A DNA stretch of 64,000 bases from assembly GCA_963758495.1 (NCBI GenBank), contig CAVWVI010000003.1, positions 1,024,001 through 1,088,000 of the forward strand. Direction: 5' to 3'. Within the stretch, counting starts at the first letter, position 1. Each line of letters starts with the position of its first letter. The stretch is from Oligoflexia bacterium. GTDB lineage: Bacteria; Bdellovibrionota; UBA1018. A program made the position numbers and the translations under genes. Below, piece after piece: positions 9,175 through 20,517 of the stretch. The notes below the pieces were generated by a model. That model was not told where the DNA came from. It saw nothing but the letters and a program-made list of their open reading frames with translations, and did no database searches.

Positions 9175-10281
9175 TTAAATCCGAACAGGTTCGTATGATA
9201 ATCCCAAGTCTTCGGCAACTTGTTTATATGCAATTTTGCCGCTCAAGATATTTACCCCTTTACGCAAAGCTTCATCTTTAGTGATCGCTTCTCTCCACCC
9301 TAAATTGGCCAGCATCAGAGCGTATTTTAGAGTCACATTTGTGAGGGCATACGTAGAAGTTCTTGGAACCGCTCCAGGCATATTCGGAACAGCGTAATGA
9401 ACTACCCCATCAATGGTATAGGTAGGATGTTCATGGCTAGTCGGCCGGCAAGTTTCAACTGAACCTCCTTGATCTACTGCGACATCGACGACGACTCCGC
9501 CGGGTTGCATATTTGAGATCATTTCTCGAGTGACCAGTTTGGGTGCTTTAGCGCCCGGAACAAGTACGGCGCCGATGACTAAGTCCGCTGAAGTTACCGC
9601 ACGTTCAATCTGTTCGCTGTTGGAATAAAGAGTGGTGACTTCATTTCCGAAAATATCAGATAAGTAATCGAGGCGATTGATATTCACATCCATAATCGTA
9701 ACATGTGCACCTAGTCCAACGGCCATCTTGGCGGCATTCACTCCAACAACACCTCCCCCCAAAATGACTACTTTACCTCGTTCGACTCCAGTCACCCCTC
9801 CTAATAAAAGGCCTTTGCCCCCATGGTCATGTTGAAGAAAGGTAGCTCCAATTTGCGTTGCCATTCTGCCAGCAACTGCGCTCATGGGTGCTAATAAAGG
9901 CAGAGATCCATCGGTGAGTTGAATGGTTTCATAGGCAATTCCGACAATCTTTCTTTCCATCAGAGCTTTTGTAAGCCGTTCATCGGCAGCTAGATGTAAA
10001 TAAGTATAGAGAATCTGACCTTCTCTCAGAAGAGGATATTCTTCTGGAAGGGGCTCCTTTACTTTAATAATCATATCAGATTTTTCGTAGATCTCTTTTG
10101 GCGTTGCTAGTAAGGTGGCCCCTGCTTTGCGATAATCTTCGTCCAGAATCCCAACCCCATTGCCAGCGCTGTTTTGAACCAGCACTTTATGGCCTGCTTG
10201 AGTCAATGCGCGGACTCCCGCAATGACCATGCCTACTCTATTTTCTTTGTTTTTGATTTCTTTTGGTACTCCGATAATCAT
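9175..10281 (-). CDS. ald: Alanine dehydrogenase
   Basis: [52 protein letters not shown]. Confidence 0.97.
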   Translation of the reverse strand: MIIGVPKEIKNKENRVGMVIAGVRALTQAGHKVLVQNSAGNGVGILDEDYRKAGATLLATPKEIYEKSDMIIKVKEPLPEEYPLLREGQILYTYLHLAADERLTKALMERKIVGIAYETIQLTDGSLPLLAPMSAVAGRMATQIGATFLQHDHGGKGLLLGGVTGVERGKVVILGGGVVGVNAAKMAVGLGAHVTIMDVNINRLDYLSDIFGNEVTTLYSNSEQIERAVTSADLVIGAVLVPGAKAPKLVTREMISNMQPGGVVVDVAVDQGGSVETCRPTSHEHPTYTIDGVVHYAVPNMPGAVPRTSTYALTNVTLKYALMLANLGWREAITKDEALRKGVNILSGKIAYKQVAEDLGLSYEPVRI

Positions 10282-10293
10282 AACTGTCCCCTC

Positions 10294-11067
10294 TTACTGA
10301 GTGTTAATAGTTAAACCGTCATAAGCGAAGGCAACTCCTTTAGGAAGTTTTTTTGACCCTACCGTGTAATCAAATTCATGACCCAGGTGTGTCAAAAATG
10401 CTTTTTTCGGTTTTAGTTTCGAAATAATACTTAATGCTCCTTCAAGGTTGAGGTGCGTATTGTGCGGGCCAAATTGAATACAGTCTAGAACTAATACGGA
10501 TAAGTCTTGCATTCTGTTCATGGTCGATTGAGGTATATAGTTGCAATCGGTTAGGTACGCAAGCGAGCCAATGCGATAACCCACAGTTTCCTTGGAGCCA
10601 TGAGAAACGGGCAACGGGATTATTTTTTGATCTAAAACCTCAACAAATGGATCTTGAGCTTGAAAGACATGAAGGTCAAGTTGGGGCTTTCCTCCTCCTT
10701 CTGAAGGGCTTGGGTCAAAAATATAAGCAAACTTCACTCGAAGCTCGCTACAAGTCCAATCATTGCCATAAACCTGAATTTTTGACTTTTGGATAAAGTT
10801 AAAGCTTCTGAGCTCGTCGATACCATGGATATGATCAGCATGGGGATGGGTTAATAATACGGCATCAATTCTCGGAATATTTGCACGAAGGGCTTGTTGG
10901 CGAAGATCGGGAGACGTATCTATTAACAGATTCTTATCGTTAATGCGAATCCAAGCGGAACACCGGAGTCTTTTGTTTTTACTGCTCTTGGATGTGCAAA
11001 CGGAGCATTTGCACTGAATGAGAGGTACTCCAGTCGAGGTCCCGCTACCCAAAATTTTAACAACCAT
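10294..11067 (-). CDS. MBL-fold metallohydrolase, PhnP-like
   Basis: LGSGTSTGVP, CxCxxC, THPHADHIHG, AYDG. Confidence 0.9.
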   Translation of the reverse strand: MVVKILGSGTSTGVPLIQCKCSVCTSKSSKNKRLRCSAWIRINDKNLLIDTSPDLRQQALRANIPRIDAVLLTHPHADHIHGIDELRSFNFIQKSKIQVYGNDWTCSELRVKFAYIFDPSPSEGGGKPQLDLHVFQAQDPFVEVLDQKIIPLPVSHGSKETVGYRIGSLAYLTDCNYIPQSTMNRMQDLSVLVLDCIQFGPHNTHLNLEGALSIISKLKPKKAFLTHLGHEFDYTVGSKKLPKGVAFAYDGLTINTQ

Positions 11068-11229
11068 ATTGAATCTTCCTCATTATCGCTTTTGCAGTGA
11101 TCCAGGTACCAAAAAATTAAATGTTTATGAAGGCTTTAGATAAACGAGCAACTTTAACAATAAGTGAGGTCAGAAGTAATCTGCTCAAATTTGATCTTTC
11201 AGCAAGAATAGCTCAAAGTATGGAGTGCT

Positions 11230-12558
11230 ATGAAAAATAAATTGCTCCTTGGTTGTTTAGCGGCCTTTCTTTTATTGAGTTCCTGTCGGAGAAAAGTGGA
11301 TGGCCTGGGTATCCAGTTGAGTCTTGAAAAATCTATTTTTTCAAATGGAATGACGGTTATTTTGGTCGAGGATCACACTGTGCCCGTTGTCAGTTATCAG
11401 ACCTGGTTTCGTGTTGGATCTGTGGATGAGAGCCCTGGAGTGACTGGGGTTTCACATTTATTTGAGCATCTCATGTTTAAAGGGACTGAAAAATACGGTT
11501 CGAGGCAGTTTTTTCAGCAATTGGAAGGGAGAGGGGCAGAGGTGAATGCTTTTACCACTCGAGATTACACGGTCTATTATGAAACTTTCGTAAAAAATCT
11601 CTTAGAAAAAGTCATCGATATGGAATCTGATCGCATGGCTAACCTCATTATAAATAATGATATTTTAAAAAGCGAAAAAATGGTTGTTCTCGAAGAGCGT
11701 CGTTTACGTATTGAAAGTATTCCTGAAGCCCAAATGCAAGAAGCTCTATGGAATCTTGCTTATAGGGTGCATCCTTATCAATGGCCCGTGATTGGGTATC
11801 CTGAGGATATTCTTAATATAGAAATGCCACAGTTGATCGATTATTTTAAATCTCATTATCAACCCGCTAATGCTGCGGTCATTATTGTAGGAGACTTTAA
11901 TTCAGATCAAGCTCTTACTTTATTAAAAAAATATTATGAGAAAATACCTTCTCAGCCAGTTCTAAAGCGAACTATTATTGTAGAACCGGAACAGACTGAA
12001 GAACGAAGGCTAGTGATTCGTGATCACGTCGCGTCAGAACGGTTTGCACAGGCTTATCATGTGAGTGCAGCGGATCAGAGTGATTCTTACGCATTAGATG
12101 TTTTAGCTAATATTCTTTTTGAAGGCTCGTCTTCGCGCGCTTATCGGAGATTAGTTGAAGAAAAAGATATTTTAGAAGGAATTTCTGGTTCGGCTTATAC
12201 TCCGACTTTTCCAGGGCTTTTTATCATAACTGGAACGATGAAAGCCAAACTTCCAAGCGCTCAAGCTGAGAATGCGCTGACCCATCTCATCGATGAAGTT
12301 CAAAACTTGGGTGTGACAGAAGAAGAGGTTCGTATTGCTGTGAAGCAACTTACAGTACAATTAATGGATTCCGTACGAACGCCCTACGGCCTGGGTCAGT
12401 TGATTGGTACTGTTCAAACGATTTTTGAAAATCCGACAAGATTTATTGATGATTTATCGAAGTATTCCGACATTCATGCCATTGATATTCAACGAGTTGC
12501 ACAAAAATACTTGAATCCTAATAATCGATCTGTTGTTACCCTTGTTCCAAGAAATTGA
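11230..12558 (+). CDS. M16B zinc peptidase, catalytic subunit, probable lipoprotein
   Basis: HLFEH (HxxEH), NAFT, EERR; lipobox LLSSC. Confidence 0.92.
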   Translation: MKNKLLLGCLAAFLLLSSCRRKVDGLGIQLSLEKSIFSNGMTVILVEDHTVPVVSYQTWFRVGSVDESPGVTGVSHLFEHLMFKGTEKYGSRQFFQQLEGRGAEVNAFTTRDYTVYYETFVKNLLEKVIDMESDRMANLIINNDILKSEKMVVLEERRLRIESIPEAQMQEALWNLAYRVHPYQWPVIGYPEDILNIEMPQLIDYFKSHYQPANAAVIIVGDFNSDQALTLLKKYYEKIPSQPVLKRTIIVEPEQTEERRLVIRDHVASERFAQAYHVSAADQSDSYALDVLANILFEGSSSRAYRRLVEEKDILEGISGSAYTPTFPGLFIITGTMKAKLPSAQAENALTHLIDEVQNLGVTEEEVRIAVKQLTVQLMDSVRTPYGLGQLIGTVQTIFENPTRFIDDLSKYSDIHAIDIQRVAQKYLNPNNRSVVTLVPRN

Positions 12559-13985
12559 GGATAAAAATGTCTGCTCCCATGCTTCATTGTTTTGTGACAA
12601 GTTTATTCACGGGGATTATTTTTGGAAATCTAACTCTTGCTTCTACACAAGTAAGTCTTCCGATTCCAGAAATCGAATCTCTGCCCAATGGGCTTAAGTT
12701 GGTATGGTTCCAAAATGATCATCTGCCTATGATTGATTTGTCTGTTATTGTTCAAGCAGGTTATCGCGATGATCCCAACACTAAGAGTGGGACTGCTGAA
12801 CTTGTGTCTACACTCTTAGACCGAGGATCATCTGGAATGAGCGCCCAACAGATGGCACATTCTATAGAAATGTTGGGCGCAAGTCGATTTGCAATAGTTG
12901 ATGATGATTCCTTAAGTGTGGGGTTGCATGGTTTGGCTCCCGATGCTCCTCTACTTTTGGAGTTGCTAGGGAAGATCATGATACAACCCAGCTTTCCTGA
13001 AGGAGAAGTCAAGAGAGAGACTGATCGTTTGATAGATCGATACAGTCATATTGAAGACTACAATGAAGCTCTTGTTTCTCTTGCTTATCATCGAATAGTC
13101 ACTGCTCACACCAGTTATGGTCGCGGTGGTTTACTGTCTCTCAAAGAGTTAAGCACGGTCAAACGAAAAGACATTGTAGAATATTATAAAAAATACTTTA
13201 CTCCTAAAAATAGCATACTCATGATTGTAGGGCGGGTAGATCAATTACAGTTTAGAAATAAAATACAATCCATTTTTGGTGCTTGGCAGGGGCAGGGGGA
13301 AGACGACCCGAAGCATGAATGGAAGAATTATTCAGATAAGCGATTGTCCGTGAATAAACGAACAGTCGTAGTAGTCGATCGCCCTGAATTAACTCAGGCC
13401 CAAGTTCGAATTGGATTTAAGGCTCCTTTAGTGAACGTTCCAGAACATTATAGTCTCACTGTAGCCAATGCCCTTTTAGGAGAATACTATAATAGTCGTT
13501 TGAACACTCTGATTCGGGATAAATTAGGATTAACTTATTCCATTAGTTCTGGATTTTCTTATAGCAAAGATTTTGCAGAATTTACGATTGCGTCTGCTAC
13601 CCGAAATGAAACAGTGGGGCTGCTCATTAACAAAACTCTGGGTGTCTTAAAGGGATTAATCAAGGGCCCGCTCAGCAATGACGAAGTCCAGTTGGCCAAG
13701 GCTTATTTGCTGGGTAGATTTCCGATTGCCACTTCTACTCTGAGCGATGTGGCCTCTCGCTGGCTGGTTGGGTATACTTTTGGAATGGGCACTGATTATC
13801 TAAATCAGTTCTCACCTCAAATCAATGAAGTGACAGTAGCGAGTGTTCAATCTGCAGTTTCAAAGTACTTTGATCTAGACCAGATAGTTATCGTAGTTGC
13901 AGGAAAGTCTATGGAAATACAAAAGAGCTTAATGGCAGCTCACTTGAAACCCATTAAGAAAGTTCGGGCATCGGATTTGAAGTAG
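12555..13985 (+). CDS. M16B peptidase, non-catalytic partner subunit
   Basis: M16 fold without HxxEH; SRLNTLIRDKLGLTY (R/Y pair); overlaps the upstream gene. Confidence 0.88.
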   Translation: MRIKMSAPMLHCFVTSLFTGIIFGNLTLASTQVSLPIPEIESLPNGLKLVWFQNDHLPMIDLSVIVQAGYRDDPNTKSGTAELVSTLLDRGSSGMSAQQMAHSIEMLGASRFAIVDDDSLSVGLHGLAPDAPLLLELLGKIMIQPSFPEGEVKRETDRLIDRYSHIEDYNEALVSLAYHRIVTAHTSYGRGGLLSLKELSTVKRKDIVEYYKKYFTPKNSILMIVGRVDQLQFRNKIQSIFGAWQGQGEDDPKHEWKNYSDKRLSVNKRTVVVVDRPELTQAQVRIGFKAPLVNVPEHYSLTVANALLGEYYNSRLNTLIRDKLGLTYSISSGFSYSKDFAEFTIASATRNETVGLLINKTLGVLKGLIKGPLSNDEVQLAKAYLLGRFPIATSTLSDVASRWLVGYTFGMGTDYLNQFSPQINEVTVASVQSAVSKYFDLDQIVIVVAGKSMEIQKSLMAAHLKPIKKVRASDLK

Positions 13986-15348
13986 TTATGTTTTGATACC
14001 AGCGAACTAAAACCCAATGAAGCACGGCAAACATAATCGCCCACATGCAAACTGCATATAAGGGCGTTGTGCCAAAAATCAGGGTTAAAAGATTATTCGA
14101 ATTGAGCTTCCCTTTTCTAAACTCAGGAATAATCAATTCCGTCAGTGGAGATGAATAGCCTTCGGATGCCATATATAAAACCGTCGACTTTGCTAACGTA
14201 GTCTGGATCAATCCAATTAAGGTGAGAGAAAAAAAACAGACCCTTGAAAATTCAGTTCGAGCCAATAAGCAAATACTCTCAAACAAAAGCAGAACTGCCA
14301 TATTCATTAAATAACGAGGACCATAGCACCACCCTCCCCACCAAGTAAAATGAGAAGATATGACCAAAAAACTAGAAATACCAAATGATGCCACATAGCT
14401 CGATGCAAGCCGACGCCATCTCAAAAAAGTGCTCCATTTCAAACAGAGCAAATACCCTATCAAAATCAATATAGGGGTATAAAAAACTAACCCTCGAAAA
14501 GGGCTCAAACTCAATCCCCATAGAGCACTCCATTTTGGGTAGAGAAATCCATAATTTGATTTAAGCTGTGCAAATTGTGCATCGGAATGAAATGCATAGG
14601 GACTTCGCCAAGGCGAGCCTGTAATGAGAAAATTATACACTAAGGCAAAACCTAGCCATGGAAGCAATCCAGATAAAAATCGAAATGCCTTAGATCGATC
14701 CTCATTATAGAAAATCTGAATGAACCAAATAGGAACAGCCAATGCAACCGTATATTCAGATAAAATTGACGCCCCTAGTAGATAACCGGATAAAATAGGA
14801 CGACATTTTTTTCTTAAACAAAGATAAGATCCTAGAAGCAAGGCAGCTGAAAGGTTGTGACCAAAGAAAGTCCCTGAATAGACAAAGACAAATGAACTAT
14901 AGAAGGGAAGCGTTGCTAAAAGAACGGGTGACACCCCCCCTCTCGTATCTTTAATACTCCAAAAACTGACTAATAACAAAAATACAAAGGGGACTACACC
15001 ACAAAGAAAATCCCCAAAAATTTGAACTGTTGCACCATCATAGCCAAAATTTTTCGTAGGGTGATGAAGGATTTGTCGGCAAAATCTATATATGCCGTAA
15101 ACAGGCATCACTATAAAACTTGTCAAAGGGGCCTTATCTGAATAGTAATGCCCATTCACGAAACTCTTGTCATTGGATAGATTCTTATATTTATCAATTT
15201 GAAGAGTTTTATCCTCGATTACCGTCAATACGGGGAGTACCCTCGAAGTTGGATTTGGACTGATGATTAAGTCCATAAAAAACCCCGCAAGAAAGAGTTG
15301 CGATAGGGTAAAAGCAATCATAAAGTATTTTATGCTTTGCCTCCTCAT
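13954..15348 (-). CDS. Polytopic membrane protein, GT-C (PMT/ArnT-like) glycosyltransferase-like
   Basis: About 10 TM segments; YYSDKAP and WWGGWCYGPRYL motifs. Confidence 0.65.
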   Translation of the reverse strand: MRRQSIKYFMIAFTLSQLFLAGFFMDLIISPNPTSRVLPVLTVIEDKTLQIDKYKNLSNDKSFVNGHYYSDKAPLTSFIVMPVYGIYRFCRQILHHPTKNFGYDGATVQIFGDFLCGVVPFVFLLLVSFWSIKDTRGGVSPVLLATLPFYSSFVFVYSGTFFGHNLSAALLLGSYLCLRKKCRPILSGYLLGASILSEYTVALAVPIWFIQIFYNEDRSKAFRFLSGLLPWLGFALVYNFLITGSPWRSPYAFHSDAQFAQLKSNYGFLYPKWSALWGLSLSPFRGLVFYTPILILIGYLLCLKWSTFLRWRRLASSYVASFGISSFLVISSHFTWWGGWCYGPRYLMNMAVLLLFESICLLARTEFSRVCFFSLTLIGLIQTTLAKSTVLYMASEGYSSPLTELIIPEFRKGKLNSNNLLTLIFGTTPLYAVCMWAIMFAVLHWVLVRWYQNITTSNPMPELS

Positions 15349-15415
15349 TCAGATCTAGCTCCTGATAAAATGGTTACTATAGACACACTGTGCGTCCCCG
15401 CTTATTCTAATCAGA

Positions 15416-16009
15416 GTGGCAAAAGAAAAAACAGAGACTCCTCCAGAAGAACCTATAAACCCCAACAAGGGGGCGTCAATATCTCAACTCATCGTGCCAC
15501 TTTTGAATTCAGTCGCCCTTATGGCAACCTTAGGCTTTATTTTTTATTCTAAATTACTTTTTAAAAAAGCCATTATCACAGAATCCACTGAAAGAGAACG
15601 CTTACTCGCTCTCCATCTCAAGCAAAACCCTACTCCCGTGTCAACCTACATCAGTTTTGATCCCATCACAGTGAACATCAAGGCCAATCCCGACCAACCC
15701 CTCCCTATGGATGGAACATCGCAACAAATTAATGGGAAACTTCATTTTATTACTCTCTCCTTTGCTCTGGAGATTAGGGATGCTGCTCAACAGGACTTTA
15801 TAAAGGCCGTGACCCCATTAATTTTAGATCGCCTCATCCTCATTTTAGGAAGAAAATACTACAGTGAACTGACCACTGTTCAGGGAAGATACATCCTCCA
15901 TTCCCAGTTTTTAGATCAAATCAACCCAGTCATTGCACCGCTCTTGCCTCAACCGACAAAGGAGGCAGTCATTACGAATATTTATTTCACACAATTTATT
16001 GTGCAATAA
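15416..16009 (+). CDS. fliL: FliL-family protein
   Basis: N-terminal TM, FDPITVNI, LTTVQGR..L, C-terminal ITNIYFTQFIVQ. Confidence 0.8.
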   Translation: MAKEKTETPPEEPINPNKGASISQLIVPLLNSVALMATLGFIFYSKLLFKKAIITESTERERLLALHLKQNPTPVSTYISFDPITVNIKANPDQPLPMDGTSQQINGKLHFITLSFALEIRDAAQQDFIKAVTPLILDRLILILGRKYYSELTTVQGRYILHSQFLDQINPVIAPLLPQPTKEAVITNIYFTQFIVQ

Positions 16010-16014
16010 TACCT

Positions 16015-17580
16015 CTAAAAGCTAACTCCAATCCTCACAGAAGTTGCGAATACAGGGGAAGTTGCATTGTCCTGGCTCGTATTAGAAAATGCGTAGAACC
16101 CTCCAGGGAAATACATTCCATTATCCCAATTAAATTGAAAGTATTCATCCCATTGAAAAGTAATCCCTAAATCGGCCTCAAACCCAAGAGATGCGCTTTG
16201 ATCTTTCCCTGCATTATTTTGTTGAACCGATTGAGTCCAATAATTATAAAAGTACTGGCCATTTCCTGCGGTTTGCGGCGCTATTGCATAGACTAGAGAA
16301 GGCCGAATCGTCCACTTGTCCCACGGCTTAAGATTTGAAGATAAAGCAATGTATTCAGCATCTACAATTGGATTATCATAGGGTGACCCTAATTGACTTT
16401 GACTCAAAGTTGGATTGTTCAACGTTTGAGGCTTAGAAAAATTTGCAAGCTGATAATTAAACATGATCATCGCAATATGATAATTGGGGTTAAAATAGAA
16501 CGTCTTGTAGGTGTCCATATTCGGACCTGACATATTCGGTTGACCCGAAGCATAACCCGTTTTTAGAATCAACTCGACCCCATCTGATGGCTTAAAGTTC
16601 GCCTCACCTGCAAAACCAAGCGCCTGATAAGTAGAAGAGCCCATTGAGCCTGACACAACAGGTATTTCAGCACCCAAAGTTAATTTACTAAATTTTTTCC
16701 TGGCATAAAAGTCATAGGTAATGAAATTCATTGCGCCTGTAACTGGAGAAGCAGGATTAGCTGTAGGGTTTTGACCTGGAACCAGAAGACTTCCACCTGC
16801 GTCTTGATTTGCTCCCGCCATGCGCTTGACAATATTCAAGCCCCCCTCAAGATCGTCCTCAGTATTTTCGTATTTAAAAATTAATGAATAATCAGCAACC
16901 CCGCCAGAGCCTAATCCAGGGCTACACACGCCGCCTGATACATTACAAGACCCGCCTATATTGTTCCCTGCAGAATTTAAAATAAAACTGGGAATAAAAG
17001 AAAATGATCCAAACTTTGCAATCCATCGAATCGCATCTCCAGTAGACATGTAACGATCCCATAGGTTTTCGCCACTATTCCAAACGAGACCCAATCCCCA
17101 TTGCAAAGGAACTCGTCCCACTTGAAAAGTTCCCACATCGCTCAGGAATTCACCCCAGAATCGTTGAGCGGTGATGGAAGAGCCCCGAGATTGGTTAGAG
17201 TAGTATTGACGTTGATCGACAGAATAGGGGACCGCATTTCCGAAAATACCGAATATAGGATCTCCAAGCCACCATTCAGATTTGATATAAATATTGTCGT
17301 TCACTACAAGCTTGGGCCGAAGTCTCAAGAAAAGACTCTGAAAGTTCGCATCCTGATAACCTCCACCAGGAACATAATATCCACCTTGATTGAGACGATT
17401 TGGATCAACGGTGGCCCCCTGGTCGGTGTTATCCATGGCATAATTATGTACGAAATTGAATTCCGACCAAAACTGGCCAGACCAGTCCAGCTCCATGGCG
17501 CTCACATTTTGTATGGAAACGATGACCCCCATAATTGCCAAAGCTAAAAGACTAAAGAAGGACAATACTCGCTTTTTCAC
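16015..17580 (-). CDS. Outer-membrane beta-barrel protein
   Basis: Signal peptide, GRVPLQWGLG motif, amphipathic strands, C-terminal Phe. GTG 17580 follows GAGGAG. Confidence 0.8.
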   Translation of the reverse strand: MKKRVLSFFSLLALAIMGVIVSIQNVSAMELDWSGQFWSEFNFVHNYAMDNTDQGATVDPNRLNQGGYYVPGGGYQDANFQSLFLRLRPKLVVNDNIYIKSEWWLGDPIFGIFGNAVPYSVDQRQYYSNQSRGSSITAQRFWGEFLSDVGTFQVGRVPLQWGLGLVWNSGENLWDRYMSTGDAIRWIAKFGSFSFIPSFILNSAGNNIGGSCNVSGGVCSPGLGSGGVADYSLIFKYENTEDDLEGGLNIVKRMAGANQDAGGSLLVPGQNPTANPASPVTGAMNFITYDFYARKKFSKLTLGAEIPVVSGSMGSSTYQALGFAGEANFKPSDGVELILKTGYASGQPNMSGPNMDTYKTFYFNPNYHIAMIMFNYQLANFSKPQTLNNPTLSQSQLGSPYDNPIVDAEYIALSSNLKPWDKWTIRPSLVYAIAPQTAGNGQYFYNYWTQSVQQNNAGKDQSASLGFEADLGITFQWDEYFQFNWDNGMYFPGGFYAFSNTSQDNATSPVFATSVRIGVSF

Positions 17581-17719
17581 CTGATGCTCCTCTCGATACC
17601 ACGCTGCGCGATGACGCATTTAATGGGTATACACTATGGTGTTAGCTGCGCTTGATCATTCCGTCAAGTTATGCCAGGTTTAATAACGAGTTTTGATCGA
17701 GTCAAGGAGATAACGTAAA

Positions 17720-20071
17720 GTGTGTAAATCGAGATCACGATCCTCCCGTAAGCCCAATAAAGCTCGCCTTATCTATTTTTTCCTTGGCACTTTTATAGGA
17801 ACCTCATTTGCAATTTATCTTTGGACACTCTATAGCCAGCTAACCATCGTTTTTAATCAAAAAGATCAACTCATACCCACTCGCATTTACTCAGACGTCT
17901 CACGAATTGCTCCAAACCAATCCCGCTCTCATATTGAAGAACGACTCAAAGCACTGGGATATACTTATTCCCATCTTGAAAACAGAATTCAATTTGTACT
18001 CCATCCTAGAGACTACCCCCCTTATCTGGTCCCCGACAATCATCCTACAATGGATGCCAAAAATCTTCCTATAGTTTTACATTTTAATGGCCCTAGACAA
18101 TCTGACTTATTGCATTCCATCGAGCTGAGAGACCACGAAATACCAGATGTTTATTTAGAGCCAGAATTAGTTGCCATTCTTTCTCGAAGTGGCGAAGTCA
18201 AACGAGAAATTCGCAGTCCTCTCAAATTTGACGAAATTCCCGCCACAGTTTGGAAAGCTATTATAGCCATCGAAGACCAACATTTTTTAGAACACAATGG
18301 GCTAGACCCACGTGGTCTAGCGCGCGCCGCTTGGGTAAATTTAAAAACCCTTTCTTTAGCTCAGGGCGGAAGCACAATCACTCAGCAACTTGTAAAAAAT
18401 CTAATGGCGCGACGTACAAAAAACATATTTCTAAAAATAAATGAAGTATTTCTCGCCCTTTTACTTGAAGCCAAATTCGACAAGGAACAAATTCTTGAAC
18501 GCTATTTAAATGAAGTCTACCTAGGACAAGTAGGTAATCTTGAAGTCCATGGTGTGGCAGAGGGTGCCGAACATTTTTTCGGTAAAAAACTGAATGATTT
18601 GAACCTAGCTGAAACTGCACTTATGGCAGGTTTGATCCGCGGGCCAGGCTTCTATTCTCCTTATCGTTACAAAAGCCGGGCATTAGAGCGGCAACGTCTG
18701 GTACTTCGAAAAATGGTGGAAACTGGACAAATTGCTGAAGCAGAAGCTCGAGCATCACTCAAGCTTCCCATCCGCCTTGCACCTCCTCAAACTTCCACTA
18801 CGAAAGCGCCATTCTTCACCGATTACGTAAAAGCTGAACTCATTCGTCTAATGAAAAAGAATTTAAATGAACAGGAAATGATCCAAAGTGGCTTTCGCGT
18901 ATATACGACTCTGGATACGCAGCTTAATAATATCGCGCAAAGCACTATTTCCAACGGAATTAATAGTCTGGAACATCAGCTTAAAATCCCAACTGGAGTT
19001 CGACTTGAAGGTGCCCTTGCCTCTGTAGAACAATCTACGGGTTACATCCGAACACTCATTGGTGGCAGAAGCTATTCTCAAAGCAATTTTAATAGGATCC
19101 TCAACATGAAGCGGCAGGTAGGATCCACCTTCAAACCGATAGTTTATTTAACTGCTTTTCAAAAAGGTGAAGATGCGAATGGGCAAGCTTACGGCGCGGG
19201 ATACCTCATGCCAGACTTTCCATGGACCCTCGTCTACGATAAAGGAAAACAATCTTGGTCTCCAAAGAATTATGAAAATAACAATCTAGGGTGGGTTTCA
19301 CTTCGTACTTCACTTTCTCAATCAATCAATACTGTCGCTGCAAGATTGGGTTATCAAGTAGGTATAGAAAATGTAATTAAAACAGCACGTACATTGGGAA
19401 TTGAATCTAATCTCCCTTCCGTCCCTTCTCTTTCTCTTGGAGTGGCCGAACTTTCTCCAATAGATCTTTTGCGAGTATACGCGATTTTGGGAAACCGGGG
19501 TGTCCAGGAAGAACTCACTGTGATACGAGGCATCACCCGAACTGATGGAACAGGTCATACTCAAATCGTACATCAACAAAAGCAAGTCATTGAACCCGCT
19601 CCGGTTGATTTACTGACCGATATTTTACAAAGCGTCTTTACAGAAGGGACTGCCAGCAGTGCCTTAAAAATGGGATTTAATCGAATTGCAGCAGGAAAAA
19701 CAGGGACTACAAATAACCATAGAGATGCTTGGTTTGCAGGTTATACTCCAGAAATTACAACAGTGGTTTGGGTCGGCATGGATCAAAATAATGAAAAGCA
19801 ATCTGTCAACCCACGTCTTACAGGGGCAAACTCCGCCCTTCCCCTCTGGGTTTCATACATGAAGAAAACACTTGAAGATCAACCATCCGTCGGATTTCCA
19901 GAAAGCCCCCTGATTGAAAATGTACAAATTGATCAGCACAGTGGCAAAGCGGCTCTCTCTAATTGTCCACCATTGCAAGTCATTACTGAAAAATATATGA
20001 AAGACCATGAACCTAAAGACAAAGCTTGCGAAGCTTCGTGGCCGAACTCTCCGAATCAAGTAATAGAATAA
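17720..20071 (+). CDS. mrcB: Class A penicillin-binding protein 1B
   Basis: Glycosyltransferase motifs EDQHF, GGSTITQQLVKN, YLNEVYLG; transpeptidase motifs STFK, SIN, KTG. Confidence 0.9.
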   Translation: MCKSRSRSSRKPNKARLIYFFLGTFIGTSFAIYLWTLYSQLTIVFNQKDQLIPTRIYSDVSRIAPNQSRSHIEERLKALGYTYSHLENRIQFVLHPRDYPPYLVPDNHPTMDAKNLPIVLHFNGPRQSDLLHSIELRDHEIPDVYLEPELVAILSRSGEVKREIRSPLKFDEIPATVWKAIIAIEDQHFLEHNGLDPRGLARAAWVNLKTLSLAQGGSTITQQLVKNLMARRTKNIFLKINEVFLALLLEAKFDKEQILERYLNEVYLGQVGNLEVHGVAEGAEHFFGKKLNDLNLAETALMAGLIRGPGFYSPYRYKSRALERQRLVLRKMVETGQIAEAEARASLKLPIRLAPPQTSTTKAPFFTDYVKAELIRLMKKNLNEQEMIQSGFRVYTTLDTQLNNIAQSTISNGINSLEHQLKIPTGVRLEGALASVEQSTGYIRTLIGGRSYSQSNFNRILNMKRQVGSTFKPIVYLTAFQKGEDANGQAYGAGYLMPDFPWTLVYDKGKQSWSPKNYENNNLGWVSLRTSLSQSINTVAARLGYQVGIENVIKTARTLGIESNLPSVPSLSLGVAELSPIDLLRVYAILGNRGVQEELTVIRGITRTDGTGHTQIVHQQKQVIEPAPVDLLTDILQSVFTEGTASSALKMGFNRIAAGKTGTTNNHRDAWFAGYTPEITTVVWVGMDQNNEKQSVNPRLTGANSALPLWVSYMKKTLEDQPSVGFPESPLIENVQIDQHSGKAALSNCPPLQVITEKYMKDHEPKDKACEASWPNSPNQVIE

Positions 20072-20075
20072 TAAT

Positions 20076-20489
20076 ATGAAAACACTCAAGCACTCTTACC
20101 CATTGACCATTCTCGAGTCTCACCTAGATACCTTCGAACACGTCAATAATGCAGTTTATTTGGTACTCTTTGAAGAAGCGAGATGGGATTTGATCACAAA
20201 TAATGGCTATGGCATCGAAAAAATAAAAGAGACCGGCTTAAGCCCCATCATCCTCGCCGTGAATGTTCGATTTAAAAAAGAGTTAAAATTAAGGCAAAAA
20301 ATATCCATAGATACCCAACTTCATTCTTATGATAAAAAAATAGCTGTCATTCATCAAAAAATTAAGGATGAAAAGGACATCATCTACTGTACTGCAGAGT
20401 TCACAGCTGGGTTATTCGATACTCGCAAAAGAAAACTTGTTTCTCCGACACAAGAATGGATGAGGGCACTCGGGGTATGCAGTAATTGA
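20076..20489 (+). CDS. Acyl-CoA thioesterase (4HBT hot-dog fold)
   Basis: LDTFEHVNNAVYL..FEEAR. Confidence 0.9.
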   Translation: MKTLKHSYPLTILESHLDTFEHVNNAVYLVLFEEARWDLITNNGYGIEKIKETGLSPIILAVNVRFKKELKLRQKISIDTQLHSYDKKIAVIHQKIKDEKDIIYCTAEFTAGLFDTRKRKLVSPTQEWMRALGVCSN

Positions 20490-20517
20490 TTTTAGTTCCC
20501 AGGTATGTTTTGATTAA

